A stretch of 64,000 nt of DNA. Origin: Sphingobacteriales bacterium (GTDB taxonomy: Bacteria; Bacteroidota; Bacteroidia; Sphingobacteriales; Sphingobacteriaceae). The DNA lies in the NCBI GenBank assembly GCA_038235745.1, contig JBBSTQ010000001.1, positions 5,308 through 69,307 of the forward strand, given 5' to 3'. This document shows positions 10,101 to 19,332 of this stretch, one piece after another; the first letter of the stretch is position 1, and each line of letters opens with the position of its first letter. The notes beneath the pieces are model-generated. The model was not told the DNA's origin. It was given only the letters and a program-made list of their open reading frames with translations, and did not search any database. The position numbers and the translations under genes are program-made.

Positions 10101-11364
10101 TATTGCTCCTCAAGAGCCTGTTTTGCTTTATTTTGATGAAAATCAAATGGAGAAAGTTTTACTTAATCTGCTCTCTAATGCTTTCAAGTTTACGTCCGTT
10201 GGCGGAGAAATCACTATGGAAATAAAGAATGTGGTGGGTAATAAGCGCTTTGTAGATATCAATATCACAGATAACGGAAAAGGCATTCCTAAAGATATGC
10301 ACTCTAAACTGTTCCAAAGTTTTTTTCAGGTTGATGACAGAGGGCGTTACAACATTGGTAGTGGTATAGGTTTAGTGCTTTCAAAAAGCATTGTTGAATT
10401 GCACAGAGGATCAATCACTTTTGACAGCGATAACGGACGAGATAACCTTACCACTTTTACCATATCGTTACCTACAGGAAAGGATCACTTAACTGAAGAA
10501 GAGATTGTGATAGAACGAGATTCAACATATGATAATAGCGACAACGAAGCTCCCTCTGAAGACCAAACCGACGCCGCTTCGGTAAACACAAGTGGAAAAA
10601 AATACACGGTGTTAGTTGCAGAAGACAATGACGATGTGCGTAAATTAATTACCGATATATTGATAGAAAAATATAAGATACTACAGTTTTCAAATGCCGA
10701 GGATTCTTTGGTTCACATGGAAAACGAGATCCCAGATTTGATTGTGAGCGATATTATGATGCCCGGGATCAATGGACTTGAGTTCTGTAAAAAAGTTAAA
10801 CTTCTGGAATATAGCAGTCACATTCCATTCATATTGTTGACCGCTAAAGCTTCTATTGACCACCAAATAGACGGCCTTTCAATAGGTGCGGATGCCTATA
10901 TCTCAAAGCCATTTAGTCCTCAAATTCTTGAGCTTAATATCAAGAACCTGTTACATTCTCAAGAAGTAATGAGGGAAAAATTTGGGCGACAGTTTGTAGT
11001 ACAGCCTTCGCCATCAAATGCGGTGTCTCCAGAAGAAAAGTTTCTACAAAAATTAATGACCATTATTGAGTTCAAAATTGAAGATTCCACCTTTGACGTT
11101 AATGATTTGGTAGCTGAAATTGGCATGAGTAGAACTGTTTTGTATAAAAAAGTACAATCGGTAACCGGTTATGCGGTGGCTGATCTAATTAAACAGATTC
11201 GATTAAAAAAGGCCGCTGAGTTGTTTAAGCAAAACAGTTATTCTGTCGCTGAGGTTGCCTATATGGTTGGCTTTAACGACCGGAAGCATTTTAGTAAGGA
11301 GTTTAAAAAATATTTTGAGCTTTCTCCTACGGAGTTTATCCAAAAACACAGCGTAGAGAATTAA
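7147..11364 (+). CDS. Hybrid two-component system sensor-regulator (HTCS1)
   Basis: Reg_prop repeats (IWVGT..GL), Y_Y_Y domain, PPWWATWWAY TM helix, FFTNISHEIRTPL H-box, HATPase G-boxes, receiver SDIMMP, C-terminal AraC HTH (EVAYMVGFNDRKHFSKEFKK). Confidence 0.96.
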   Translation: MTRFGFKLILLIAFPCFSFGQNLNFKHISFNEGLAQSPISCFLQDRDGFVWFGNLKGLIRYDGYELKKFSADISDKTTISNSRVNAILQDSNGQIWVGTANGLNRYNRKLETFTHIDILDIKGRRNYISSVVEDKQKNIWVGTFGGLKKLNLKTLKLEDVQSTTAAPNFKYDVVYSLYVDKENKIWVGTNSGLRLFDPTTAKAIPLPSFFYQNDNFVYNKVFVTKQDPQGNLWFGTETSGVFKTSVNQKKVTNYAFKLNKNSIAGNWVKDILIDGNEKLWFATRNGISVLDAKSEVFTNYKHDPLNSNSLSDNTVWSFLKDKDDCIWVGTFAGGINFYYKGNSNFQNIGESIGNSIGLNHVLVNAITEDENGGLWVGTFGGGLNFIDRDKRLSEYYAIRPKGPASPSVGVKSLADDGKGNLWVGSLNGLGLFNKATKTYTPYNFKSVDGRMMENLIICVLPDKDGVWVGTDGGGLMYVLNNGERPLQMLKKVDKNVKSDVNRLAFDERNDVKGPFPTYSADADEGLVEGLTDNFLTCLLKDGDDFLWIGTQNGLNYYDIKNKKVLKTYQKIADTKYQISNGNISTMFKDSKNRLWVGTEEGGLNYFDRSTDRFYSITKKEGLKDEVIHAIVEDKSGNLWLSTDLGINKLNFNNFSVPFNKNDLVITGYTASDGLASNQFSSRAGLRLRSNEIAFGGLNGISIFFPDRIIKNTEPSKVVITQFLVNNKTPKIGGEDSPLLKSITETEEIALAYDQSSFSIKYAALNFINPDDNSYAYKLDGLPRADEWQNVGKQRVVNFANLPPGNYIFKVKAANKDRIWSNQVQSLIITVLPPWWATWWAYLIYIICISSIAVVIVRFLRNRAMLKRDLYLEHVHNERREELYQMKLNFFTNISHEIRTPLTLILGPLDKILRNPNTKDFAQPLNLIKNNADRLMKLVTELLDFRKAEEGHMRIYCSQQDIVVFCKEIFDSFAITATDSTINYKLIAPQEPVLLYFDENQMEKVLLNLLSNAFKFTSVGGEITMEIKNVVGNKRFVDINITDNGKGIPKDMHSKLFQSFFQVDDRGRYNIGSGIGLVLSKSIVELHRGSITFDSDNGRDNLTTFTISLPTGKDHLTEEEIVIERDSTYDNSDNEAPSEDQTDAASVNTSGKKYTVLVAEDNDDVRKLITDILIEKYKILQFSNAEDSLVHMENEIPDLIVSDIMMPGINGLEFCKKVKLLEYSSHIPFILLTAKASIDHQIDGLSIGADAYISKPFSPQILELNIKNLLHSQEVMREKFGRQFVVQPSPSNAVSPEEKFLQKLMTIIEFKIEDSTFDVNDLVAEIGMSRTVLYKKVQSVTGYAVADLIKQIRLKKAAELFKQNSYSVAEVAYMVGFNDRKHFSKEFKKYFELSPTEFIQKHSVEN

Positions 11365-11412
11365 GTTCTCGACATGTTCTGAGATTTAAGTACTAATTAT
11401 TGTTCTTTTAGG

Positions 11413-11476
11413 ACGTTAAAACCCTCAATTGCGTACATCCGTACTCCCATAAATATTTCTCTTATAGCCATATTTG
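11413..11476 (+). promoter_or_regulatory. Putative HTCS direct repeat plus -7 element upstream of GH2
   Basis: ACGTTAAAACCCT (11413), ACATCCGTACTCC (11435), CATATTTG (11469). Confidence 0.6.
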
Positions 11477-11679
11477 TCTTGTGCTCATGCCAAATTGAGG
11501 ACGAATATTAAAACCAAATTTATTACCCAAGACGATTAAAACAAACAACGCTTAGGCTGAAAGAATTTATTGTGAAATTTTTTAGAGAATAATTTTTAAA
11601 TGTGGTTTAGCTACCATTAACTGTTGATCTCGACCATTTAAACACAAGATTTTTCAATTTCAAAGACGGATCAATCATT

Positions 11680-13497
11680 ATGAAAAAACGACGCATACTT
11701 TTTTTGCCATTTTTATTTTTAACACTCCTTGTTTCGTCTCAGGAGCTTATCCAAAACATTGATAGCAGGAATAATATTAGCCTTAACGGCAGATGGAACT
11801 ACATTATTGATCCTTATGAAAACGGGTTCTACGATTATAGACGGAAAGCTTTTGACGAATCTGCAAGTAAAAAAGGTGGTTTTTACGATGATTTAGAGCA
11901 GACAAATAAAGGCGATTTGATAGAATATGATTTTGAACACTCGCCTACGCTGGATGTTCCGGGAGATTGGAATTCTCAAGCGCCAGAACTAAAGTTTTAC
12001 GAAGGTACTGTTTGGTACAGAAGGCATTTTAGGGTTGAACCAAAACAGAATAAACATTACCTTATTTATTTTGCAGCTTCCAATTATGAAACCCATGTTT
12101 ATGTAAACGGTAAAAAATTAGGAATGCACAAAGGCGGGTTTACCCCGTTTCAATTTGATGTTACCGGGCTTTTAAAAAGCGGAGAAAATTCTGTTGTTGT
12201 AAAAGTTGATAATACTCGCAAGCAAGATGAAATACCCACCATAAATACAGATTGGTGGAATTATGGCGGACTTACCGCCGATGTTTACGTAACAGAACTT
12301 CCAGAATCTTATATAAACAATTACAAAATTCAGCTAGCCAAAGGAAATGCGAAAGAAATAGAAGGTTTTGTGAAACTTTCTGGTAGCAACAAATCTCAAT
12401 CGGTAGTGATCAGCATTCCAGAAGCGAAGATTAAGCAGACGGTTAAAACAGACACCTCTGGGTATGTCGCCTTCAAATTTCCTGTAAAAAATCTCGAATA
12501 TTGGTCGCCAGAAAATCCAAAACTATATCAGGTCAACCTCAAAACGGAAACAAATGAAGTGGTTGATAAAATTGGATTCAGAACCATTGTAACCAGCGGA
12601 AAAGATATTCTGTTGAACGGAAAATCAGTGTTTTTAAGGGGGATATCTATCCATAATGAGAACCCATTAATACCGGGCAGGCCACGTTCTGAAGGGGATT
12701 TGAGAATGTTATTAAATTGGGCAAAAGAGCTCAACTGTAATTATGTGAGGTTGGCGCATTACCCACACAACGAAAAAATGGTTCGTCTTGCAGATGAGAT
12801 GGGCTTGATGGTTTGGGCAGAAGTGCCGGTTTATTGGACCATCTCTTGGGAAAACCCTGCTACTTATCAAAATGCCGAAAAACAGCTTTCTGATTTAATT
12901 GATAGAGACAAAAACAGGGCATCGGTAATCATCTGGTCGGTAGGTAATGAAACGCCAATTAGTGATGTCCGCAACCAGTTTATGGGCAATTTAGCTGATA
13001 AAGCGCATTCGCTAGATCGCACCCGCTTAATAGCAGCTGCACTAGAGTTGCATCGTAAAAATAAAACCATTTATGTAGATGATGTACTGGGCGAGAAGTT
13101 AGATGTAGTGAGTTTTAATGAGTACGCCGGCTGGTATTGGTCTACTCCTGATGAAATATCTAGTTACGATTGGGACATTAAGTACAACAAGCCTGTAATT
13201 ATTTCTGAGGTCGGTGGCTCTGCTTTAGCTGGCTTCCATGCGGATAAAGACACTCGCTGGTCAGAAGAATATCAAGACAATCTTTATAAGAACCAGTTCA
13301 AATTAATAGACAAGATCGACGGCTTAAGAGGCATTACCCCTTGGATTTTGGTTGATTTTAAATCGCCACGGAGACCGCATTCGGTTTACCAAAATTTTTG
13401 GAACCGCAAAGGTTTAATATCTAATACAGGGCAAAAGAAATTGGCTTTTTACACGCTTAAAAACTATTACCAACAAATTGAAAAACAGTATAAATAA
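11680..13497 (+). CDS. GH2 beta-glucuronidase
   Basis: DWWNYGG, RLAHYPH, WSVGNE (acid/base), KPVIISEVG (nucleophile), DFKSPRR and the WNRKG N-x-K signature typical of GH2 beta-glucuronidases. Confidence 0.88.
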   Translation: MKKRRILFLPFLFLTLLVSSQELIQNIDSRNNISLNGRWNYIIDPYENGFYDYRRKAFDESASKKGGFYDDLEQTNKGDLIEYDFEHSPTLDVPGDWNSQAPELKFYEGTVWYRRHFRVEPKQNKHYLIYFAASNYETHVYVNGKKLGMHKGGFTPFQFDVTGLLKSGENSVVVKVDNTRKQDEIPTINTDWWNYGGLTADVYVTELPESYINNYKIQLAKGNAKEIEGFVKLSGSNKSQSVVISIPEAKIKQTVKTDTSGYVAFKFPVKNLEYWSPENPKLYQVNLKTETNEVVDKIGFRTIVTSGKDILLNGKSVFLRGISIHNENPLIPGRPRSEGDLRMLLNWAKELNCNYVRLAHYPHNEKMVRLADEMGLMVWAEVPVYWTISWENPATYQNAEKQLSDLIDRDKNRASVIIWSVGNETPISDVRNQFMGNLADKAHSLDRTRLIAAALELHRKNKTIYVDDVLGEKLDVVSFNEYAGWYWSTPDEISSYDWDIKYNKPVIISEVGGSALAGFHADKDTRWSEEYQDNLYKNQFKLIDKIDGLRGITPWILVDFKSPRRPHSVYQNFWNRKGLISNTGQKKLAFYTLKNYYQQIEKQYK

Positions 13498-13529
13498 CAA
13501 ATAAATTAATAACTATTAAACTTAACATT

Positions 13530-15191
13530 ATGATTAGAAAACTATTTTTAACATCAGCATTGGCTCTTACAATCAGCATGGGCTTTTCTCAGGGTTTTAC
13601 AGCGGGCAACCTTGTTGTTTATCGCTACGGCGATGGATCTGCTTACACAAACGGGCAATTAGTGCCTACGTTTTTAGATGAATACACCCCAGCTGGTGTC
13701 TTAGTGAAAAGCAGTGGTGTTCCAAAAGATGCAGTGGGCCTAAATAAAGGATTAACGGGTTTGCTTAAGCTGAGCTCAGATGGAAAGTATCAACAAGAAG
13801 GAATGTCAACGCTTTCGCAAGACGGCAAGTATATCACTATTTTTGGTTACAATGCAGCTGTAGGCGCAACCACTCCAACCGGGGCAGATGCTTTGGTAGT
13901 AGGCGTTATAGCGGCAGATGGCTCTATAAATACCCAAACAACCTTATCTGGCGATGCCACAACCGGTTTGGGTGCGCCCAGATCTGCAATTATAGATGGA
14001 ACAAATATTTGGGCTAACGGCTTTAACAATGGCGTTCAATACACAACGTTAAACGCAACAACATCTACAAGGATTAGCGTTGAACAAAACTCGCCAACTA
14101 CGTTGGGTATTTTTGCTGATAATTTGGTAGCGCCACTTGGTACTAATGGAGGTTTGCCATTCATAACGCCACTGCCTACAACATCTCAAACATTTTCTAT
14201 TAGAGGTGGCATTGGTGCCGGAAAAGCGATTAACCAAGTTGTAGAATTTCCATTTAGCGATAGGAAAGTAATGTACGTGGTTGATGATGTAAACAATGAA
14301 ATAAGAAGATATTCTACAAACGGCGGTGGAAATGATTGGATTAACGCAAAAATTTTTCCAGTTACAGAAACTGGTTTTATTAAAAGCATTACTGGTACTA
14401 AAACCATAGATGGTACTAATACCGTTTTCACACTTTACATAACATCTTGGGGAAATGATGGCACAGGAACCGCAGCTTCAAGACTTTATAAATTTTCAGA
14501 AACTGTTGCAACACAAGCTACAGGTGGACTTCTCGCCACTGCTGGAACACCAACCACATTAACACTTTTAGCATCTGCGCCAGCGGGTACAGTTTTCAGA
14601 AGCGTAACCTTGGCACCACAAGGAAGCACCGCAATAGGTACAGGCGTACTTCCTATCTCGTTAAAATCATTTGATGGTATAAAAAAGGATGATGCTATTC
14701 AACTGAACTGGTCAACAGCGTCAGAACAAAACAACTCACATTTTAACGTTTTACGCTCTAAAGATGGAAAAAAATTCTCTTCTGTTGGTAAAATCACCGG
14801 TAAAGGAAATTCAAATGAAACTGTGAGTTATAACTTTTTGGATTTAAACCCTTTAAGTGGCACCAATTACTATCAGCTAGAGCAGGTTGATTTTGACGGG
14901 GAGTCTTCAAAATCTGAAATAATAGCAGTAGCATCAGGAATTAAATCTACCGAAATGACGATTTACTCTGCAAGCAGTTCAAACCAAGTGAAATTGAGTG
15001 TTTTATCAGGAAACTCAAGCTCAGCCACTATCGGAATTTACAGTATCGGCGGACAAAAGATCTTAAGCCAAACGATCAAATTGAACAAAGGTTATAACGA
15101 CGTTGTTTTGCCAGTAAGCTTAACTAGCGGAATATTTGTGGCTACATTACAAACACCATCAGAAACTATCAGCAAAAAGTTCACAAACTAA
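13530..15191 (+). CDS. T9SS-secreted protein of unknown function (paralog of 37785..39485)
   Basis: Signal peptide (GFS-Q), Gly/Thr-rich beta domain starting FTAGNLVVYRYGDG, LPISLKSF...WSTASEQNNSHF...NYYQLEQVDFDG Ig-like domain, type A CTD-like tail ending GIFVATLQTPSETISKKFTN. Confidence 0.85.
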   Translation: MIRKLFLTSALALTISMGFSQGFTAGNLVVYRYGDGSAYTNGQLVPTFLDEYTPAGVLVKSSGVPKDAVGLNKGLTGLLKLSSDGKYQQEGMSTLSQDGKYITIFGYNAAVGATTPTGADALVVGVIAADGSINTQTTLSGDATTGLGAPRSAIIDGTNIWANGFNNGVQYTTLNATTSTRISVEQNSPTTLGIFADNLVAPLGTNGGLPFITPLPTTSQTFSIRGGIGAGKAINQVVEFPFSDRKVMYVVDDVNNEIRRYSTNGGGNDWINAKIFPVTETGFIKSITGTKTIDGTNTVFTLYITSWGNDGTGTAASRLYKFSETVATQATGGLLATAGTPTTLTLLASAPAGTVFRSVTLAPQGSTAIGTGVLPISLKSFDGIKKDDAIQLNWSTASEQNNSHFNVLRSKDGKKFSSVGKITGKGNSNETVSYNFLDLNPLSGTNYYQLEQVDFDGESSKSEIIAVASGIKSTEMTIYSASSSNQVKLSVLSGNSSSATIGIYSIGGQKILSQTIKLNKGYNDVVLPVSLTSGIFVATLQTPSETISKKFTN

Positions 15192-15202
15192 AAATCATAA
15201 TA

Positions 15203-15243
15203 TACAGACTATGCTCTTTTGAAGCGCATAGTCTGTACTTTTT
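15203..15243 (+). terminator. Intrinsic terminator
   Basis: TACAGACTATGC ... GCATAGTCTGTA stem followed by a T run, just after the stop at 15191. Confidence 0.8.
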
Positions 15244-15343
15244 ATAGAAAAGACTGAGCGGCCTATGAACTAAGTTTTACTACGAAATGCAAATCAATAT
15301 GATTGATTTGATATCACAACATGTGCTGACCAACTGCTTTGGT

Positions 15344-15407
15344 ACATCTGTGCCCTGCATTAAGGATGTAAATATCCTTGTTGATAAAATGTAAAGGTTC
15401 ATACTTG
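15344..15407 (+). promoter_or_regulatory. Putative HTCS direct repeat plus -7 element upstream of GH10
   Basis: ACATCTGTGCCCT (15344), ATGTAAATATCCT (15366), CATACTTG (15400). Confidence 0.55.
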
Positions 15408-15537
15408 TTATAAGTAGGGTTTTGCCCGATTACTAAAAGCCAATTAATAATTTTTAATTTTTGATCATTTCTTGTTTTAGCGTTAGCATCTCAACTAACC
15501 AAAATCATTTACTGATTAGCTAAAAAGATTCTAAACC

Positions 15538-16641
15538 ATGAAAAAAATCTTATTATCATGTATCCTAGCAAGCCTAATGTTAGCTGTTGCCTCATGTAAA
15601 AAAGATGCGCTTAATGAAAAACCGGCACCTGTTCCGCCAATTGTAAATCCGCCGGCTACCATTAATAAAAAACTTATTGAGGTTGCCGACTTTAAAATAG
15701 GTGCTGCCGTAAAAGTAGCTTCCTTACAAGGTGGAACTACTTACTCAAACACCGTTAAAAACGAATTTAACCAGATCACGGCAGAGTATGAGATGAAAAT
15801 GAACTTTATTTGGAAAGGCGATGGCAATTATGATTTTTCAAAAGTTGATTACTTGGTAAATTTTGCACAACAGAATAAGTTAGAAGTACATGGACACGCT
15901 TTATTATGGTATCAATCGTTTCCCGACTGGATAAGAACCGCAGGTTACGATACGGTCATGTTCGAAAATAAAGTTAAAATATACATATCAACCATTGTAG
16001 GAAGGTATAAAGGGAAAATTAGAAGTTGGGATGTGGCTAACGAAATATTTAACGACGATGGGTCTTTAAGAATTGAGTCGCAAATACAAGGAAGATTTAA
16101 AGACCCTATTGGGTTTGTTGGGCGTTGTTTCAAGTACGCCAGAGAAGCAGATCCAAACGTAAAACTTTTTTATAACGATTATAACGTGGTATTAGCTACA
16201 GGGAAACGAACAGCAATGAAAAATATGGCGCTTAGATTTAAGAGAGAAGGTTATCCAATTGATGGTTTGGGCGAACAATTCCATTACAGAATTAGCACTA
16301 GTCAATCTCAAATTAATAACGGTTTTGCAGATTTAGCTTCTTCTGGCCTATTGGTTCATATTTCTGAGGCAGATTGTAAAATAAACGTAAACAACTCATC
16401 TTCTTACGTTATCAACGATACAGATAGGATCAAACAATCTGATTTTTACAAAAATTTAGCGAGACTGTATAATGCGCTACCGGCTAATCAAAAATTTGCA
16501 ATTACGACTTGGGGCGTAACAGACAAAGAAACTTGGCTACGAGATAGCGGAAATGGAAATAAAGAATACCCATTGTTGTTTGATGAAAATTTTAATAAGA
16601 AACCAGCATACAACGGTTTTCTTGCAGGATTGCAATTATAA
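15538..16641 (+). CDS. GH10 (endo-1,4-beta-xylanase family) lipoprotein
   Basis: Lipobox AVAS-CKKD; ITAEYEMK, HGHALLW, WDVANE, KLFYNDYN, HISEAD, WGVTDKETW, PLLFDENFNKKPAY. Confidence 0.9.
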   Translation: MKKILLSCILASLMLAVASCKKDALNEKPAPVPPIVNPPATINKKLIEVADFKIGAAVKVASLQGGTTYSNTVKNEFNQITAEYEMKMNFIWKGDGNYDFSKVDYLVNFAQQNKLEVHGHALLWYQSFPDWIRTAGYDTVMFENKVKIYISTIVGRYKGKIRSWDVANEIFNDDGSLRIESQIQGRFKDPIGFVGRCFKYAREADPNVKLFYNDYNVVLATGKRTAMKNMALRFKREGYPIDGLGEQFHYRISTSQSQINNGFADLASSGLLVHISEADCKINVNNSSSYVINDTDRIKQSDFYKNLARLYNALPANQKFAITTWGVTDKETWLRDSGNGNKEYPLLFDENFNKKPAYNGFLAGLQL

Positions 16642-16652
16642 ATTTTAAGTTA

Positions 16653-18068
16653 GTGAGAAAACGATTAATTTTTTCAAGCTGTTTCTGCTTTTTGTTGGTT
16701 TCAATTTCGTTTGCACAAAGTGGGAAAGATTTTGAGTTGGTGGAAGTTAAGAAGTCAACAAGTGATTCTTTGTGGGTAAACTATGAAGCAACCACTTTAA
16801 AATCTTTAAAAAACTTTAAAGCCAGCGAAGAGCCTACGCTAAACAATTATGGTAGTTGGCAAGTAAACCGGCAAAATAGCACCGGCTTTTTTAGAACCCA
16901 AAAAATTGGAGATAGGTGGTGGATTATAGATCCCCAAGGCTATCCTTTTATTCATAAAGGTGTCGCGGTATTCCGTCCTTTTTCTTCTGATGATCAGCAA
17001 AAGGCAATGGAAAAAAAGTACGGATCTGAAGAAGAATGGTGTAAGCAAGAAAGCGATTTTTTACGAAAGAACGGATTTAATGGAACAGGTGCATGGTCTG
17101 CCGTGGACTTGATGAGAGAGGGCGAACAGCCCTTAGTTTACACCATTATTGTTAACCCGATGGGAAACTATAAACGTGAACATATTAAACGCTTTGGCGG
17201 AAAATATAAAACTGCTGGCTGGCAAGGTTATCGTTTTGATTTGGCAATGGTTTTTGATCCAGAATTTGATGCTTATTGCGATGAAGCTTTTAAAGCTATT
17301 GCTAAATATAAAGACGACAAATATCTGTTGGGATATTACTCGGATAATGAACTTCCCTGGAAAACCGATGCCTTGGATATTTCTTTAACAAAATTGGCAA
17401 AAGACGAATACGGGTATATTGCTGCTAAAACTTGGCTCGATAAAAGAAAAAGCAAAGACGCTGGTCTCGCCGATATTACGGAAGAAGATAGGCTTGCGTT
17501 CTCTGGGTTTTACTTTGAAACCTATATGAAAAAAGTTACCGCTGCCTTAAAAAAATACGATCCTAATCATATGTATTTGGGCTGCAGGTTCAACCAGCAA
17601 ACTAGGCAGGAGTTAACCAATCCAGAAATTTTTAGAGTGGCGGGTAAGTATACGGATATTGTGTCTATCAACCATTACAGGATGTGGCAACCAGATGCTC
17701 TTCAAATGCAGGACTGGGAGAAATGGAGCGGAAAACCTTTTTTAATTACAGAATGGTACACAAAAGCCGAGGATTCTGGCTTGAAAAACTCAACGGGAGC
17801 AGGCTGGGTGGTTAAAACACAACAAGATAGAGGGCTTTTTTATCAAAACTTTGTGAACGAGTTGGTAAAAAGCAAGAATTGCGTAGGCTGGCATTGGTTT
17901 ACATACCAAGATAATGATCCCAATAATTTAAAGGTGGATCCATCTAACCGGGATTCAAACAAAGGGATTGTTGACTCTGATTTAACCCATTATAAGCCAC
18001 TTTTAAAGCAAATGAAAATGATGAACAATAACATTTTTAACTTGACTCGCTATTATGATACCAATTAA
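16653..18068 (+). CDS. GH50-like ('agarase'-annotated) clan GH-A glycoside hydrolase, GTG start
   Basis: TGFFRTQKIGDRWWIIDPQG, GFNGTGAWS, LLGYYSDNELPW, DPNHMYLGCRF, KPFLITEWY, CVGWHWF; signal peptide SFA-Q. Confidence 0.7.
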   Translation: MRKRLIFSSCFCFLLVSISFAQSGKDFELVEVKKSTSDSLWVNYEATTLKSLKNFKASEEPTLNNYGSWQVNRQNSTGFFRTQKIGDRWWIIDPQGYPFIHKGVAVFRPFSSDDQQKAMEKKYGSEEEWCKQESDFLRKNGFNGTGAWSAVDLMREGEQPLVYTIIVNPMGNYKREHIKRFGGKYKTAGWQGYRFDLAMVFDPEFDAYCDEAFKAIAKYKDDKYLLGYYSDNELPWKTDALDISLTKLAKDEYGYIAAKTWLDKRKSKDAGLADITEEDRLAFSGFYFETYMKKVTAALKKYDPNHMYLGCRFNQQTRQELTNPEIFRVAGKYTDIVSINHYRMWQPDALQMQDWEKWSGKPFLITEWYTKAEDSGLKNSTGAGWVVKTQQDRGLFYQNFVNELVKSKNCVGWHWFTYQDNDPNNLKVDPSNRDSNKGIVDSDLTHYKPLLKQMKMMNNNIFNLTRYYDTN

Positions 18069-18218
18069 TAAAGTGAGTTTTTACCGTTTGAGTGACTTTT
18101 ATTGATGCTTTCAATATCCTTGCCTTCACAAAGTCTTGTGTTTTGGGAATGCCATCAATGCAAGTAAATCTAAAAAACAACAATTGAACATAATCCCCCA
18201 GAAAAAAGCCATTATTGA

Positions 18219-18281
18219 ACGAATGTATGGCTAATCGGGTACAAACCTATTCCTTTTTACCCTTTTGACCATATAGATTTG
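18219..18281 (+). promoter_or_regulatory. Putative HTCS direct repeat plus -7 element
   Basis: ACGAATGTATGGC (18219), ACAAACCTATTCC (18241), TAGATTTG (18274). Confidence 0.65.
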
Positions 18282-18449
18282 TTTAACTAAATATGTAATT
18301 GAGCTATTAAAGAGTTGGAATAAAAATTAGGGTTCACTTTGGAATGAGAGTGAATGTAAAATCCTATTTTTAGAAAAGCTATGCCACCTAACTTTAGAGA
18401 AAGCCTGACACTGATTAAGAAATTAATAACCTATCAATAAATCGAAAAA

Positions 18450-19280
18450 ATGAAAAACTTTTCAAGTGTACCAAAAGAAATGAAAAACAATTACCGTAGT
18501 TATTTTGGTACTATAAATATTGCAAGAAGCATGTTGCTGTTAATGCTTACATTTTGTATTGCGTCTTGTAAAATCAAAACCGGTTCCAGAACAGCATCAA
18601 CACAAGTGGTTGTGCCGGTTTGGGCGCTTCCAGGATCTGCAACACATAAACAAGTTCCACCGCCGGCAGATTTTCATCGAGACACAAAAACTTCTAATAA
18701 GGATATTGGCATATTTGACGGTCAAAGCGATGTAGGTGCGGCGCTTGTGCCGGGATCGTCAAGTTTTGATCCACTTTCAAAAGAATATACGATAAACTCT
18801 GCAGGTTATAATATTTGGTACACCAGAGATGAATTCCGTTTTCTGTGGAAAAAAATGTCTGGTAATGTATCATTAGCTGCCGATGTCAAGTTTCCGAATG
18901 CAGCAGGTTTTTTTGACAGAAAGGCGGTAGTAATTATTAGACAAAGCCTTGATGACGATGCTAAAGAAGCGATGGTAGCGCTTCACGGTGCTGGTTTGAT
19001 GCACATTGCTTGGAGACCAGAAAAAAATGAAATGATTCAACAAATTAAAGTTTCAGAAAAAAGCGCTATGCGTATCGGCATAGAAAAAAAAGGCGACGCT
19101 TATTCAATGTTCGTCAGTTTAAATGGAGAGCCTATGCACCAATTGGGAGACCCAATTAAACTCAGTTTAAAAGAGCCTTTTTACGTCGGTATCGGTTTTT
19201 GCTCCCATATTCCTGATGTGGTGGATACTGCAATACTTTCTAATGTGGTTTTGAAAAACGCCGCAGGCCAAGTAAAATAA
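18450..19280 (+). CDS. Lipoprotein with a stand-alone beta-sandwich domain of the 'TolB-family' N-terminal type; function unknown
   Basis: Lipobox IAS-CKIK; GIFDGQSDVG, AGYNIWYTRDEFRFLWKKMSG, FYVGIGFCSH; no PD40 propeller follows. The true start may be a later Met. Confidence 0.65.
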   Translation: MKNFSSVPKEMKNNYRSYFGTINIARSMLLLMLTFCIASCKIKTGSRTASTQVVVPVWALPGSATHKQVPPPADFHRDTKTSNKDIGIFDGQSDVGAALVPGSSSFDPLSKEYTINSAGYNIWYTRDEFRFLWKKMSGNVSLAADVKFPNAAGFFDRKAVVIIRQSLDDDAKEAMVALHGAGLMHIAWRPEKNEMIQQIKVSEKSAMRIGIEKKGDAYSMFVSLNGEPMHQLGDPIKLSLKEPFYVGIGFCSHIPDVVDTAILSNVVLKNAAGQVK

Positions 19281-19332
19281 ATTTTGTTTTAAGTAACTCA
19301 TAACTAAATATTAATCCTATCAAAATCTCAAT

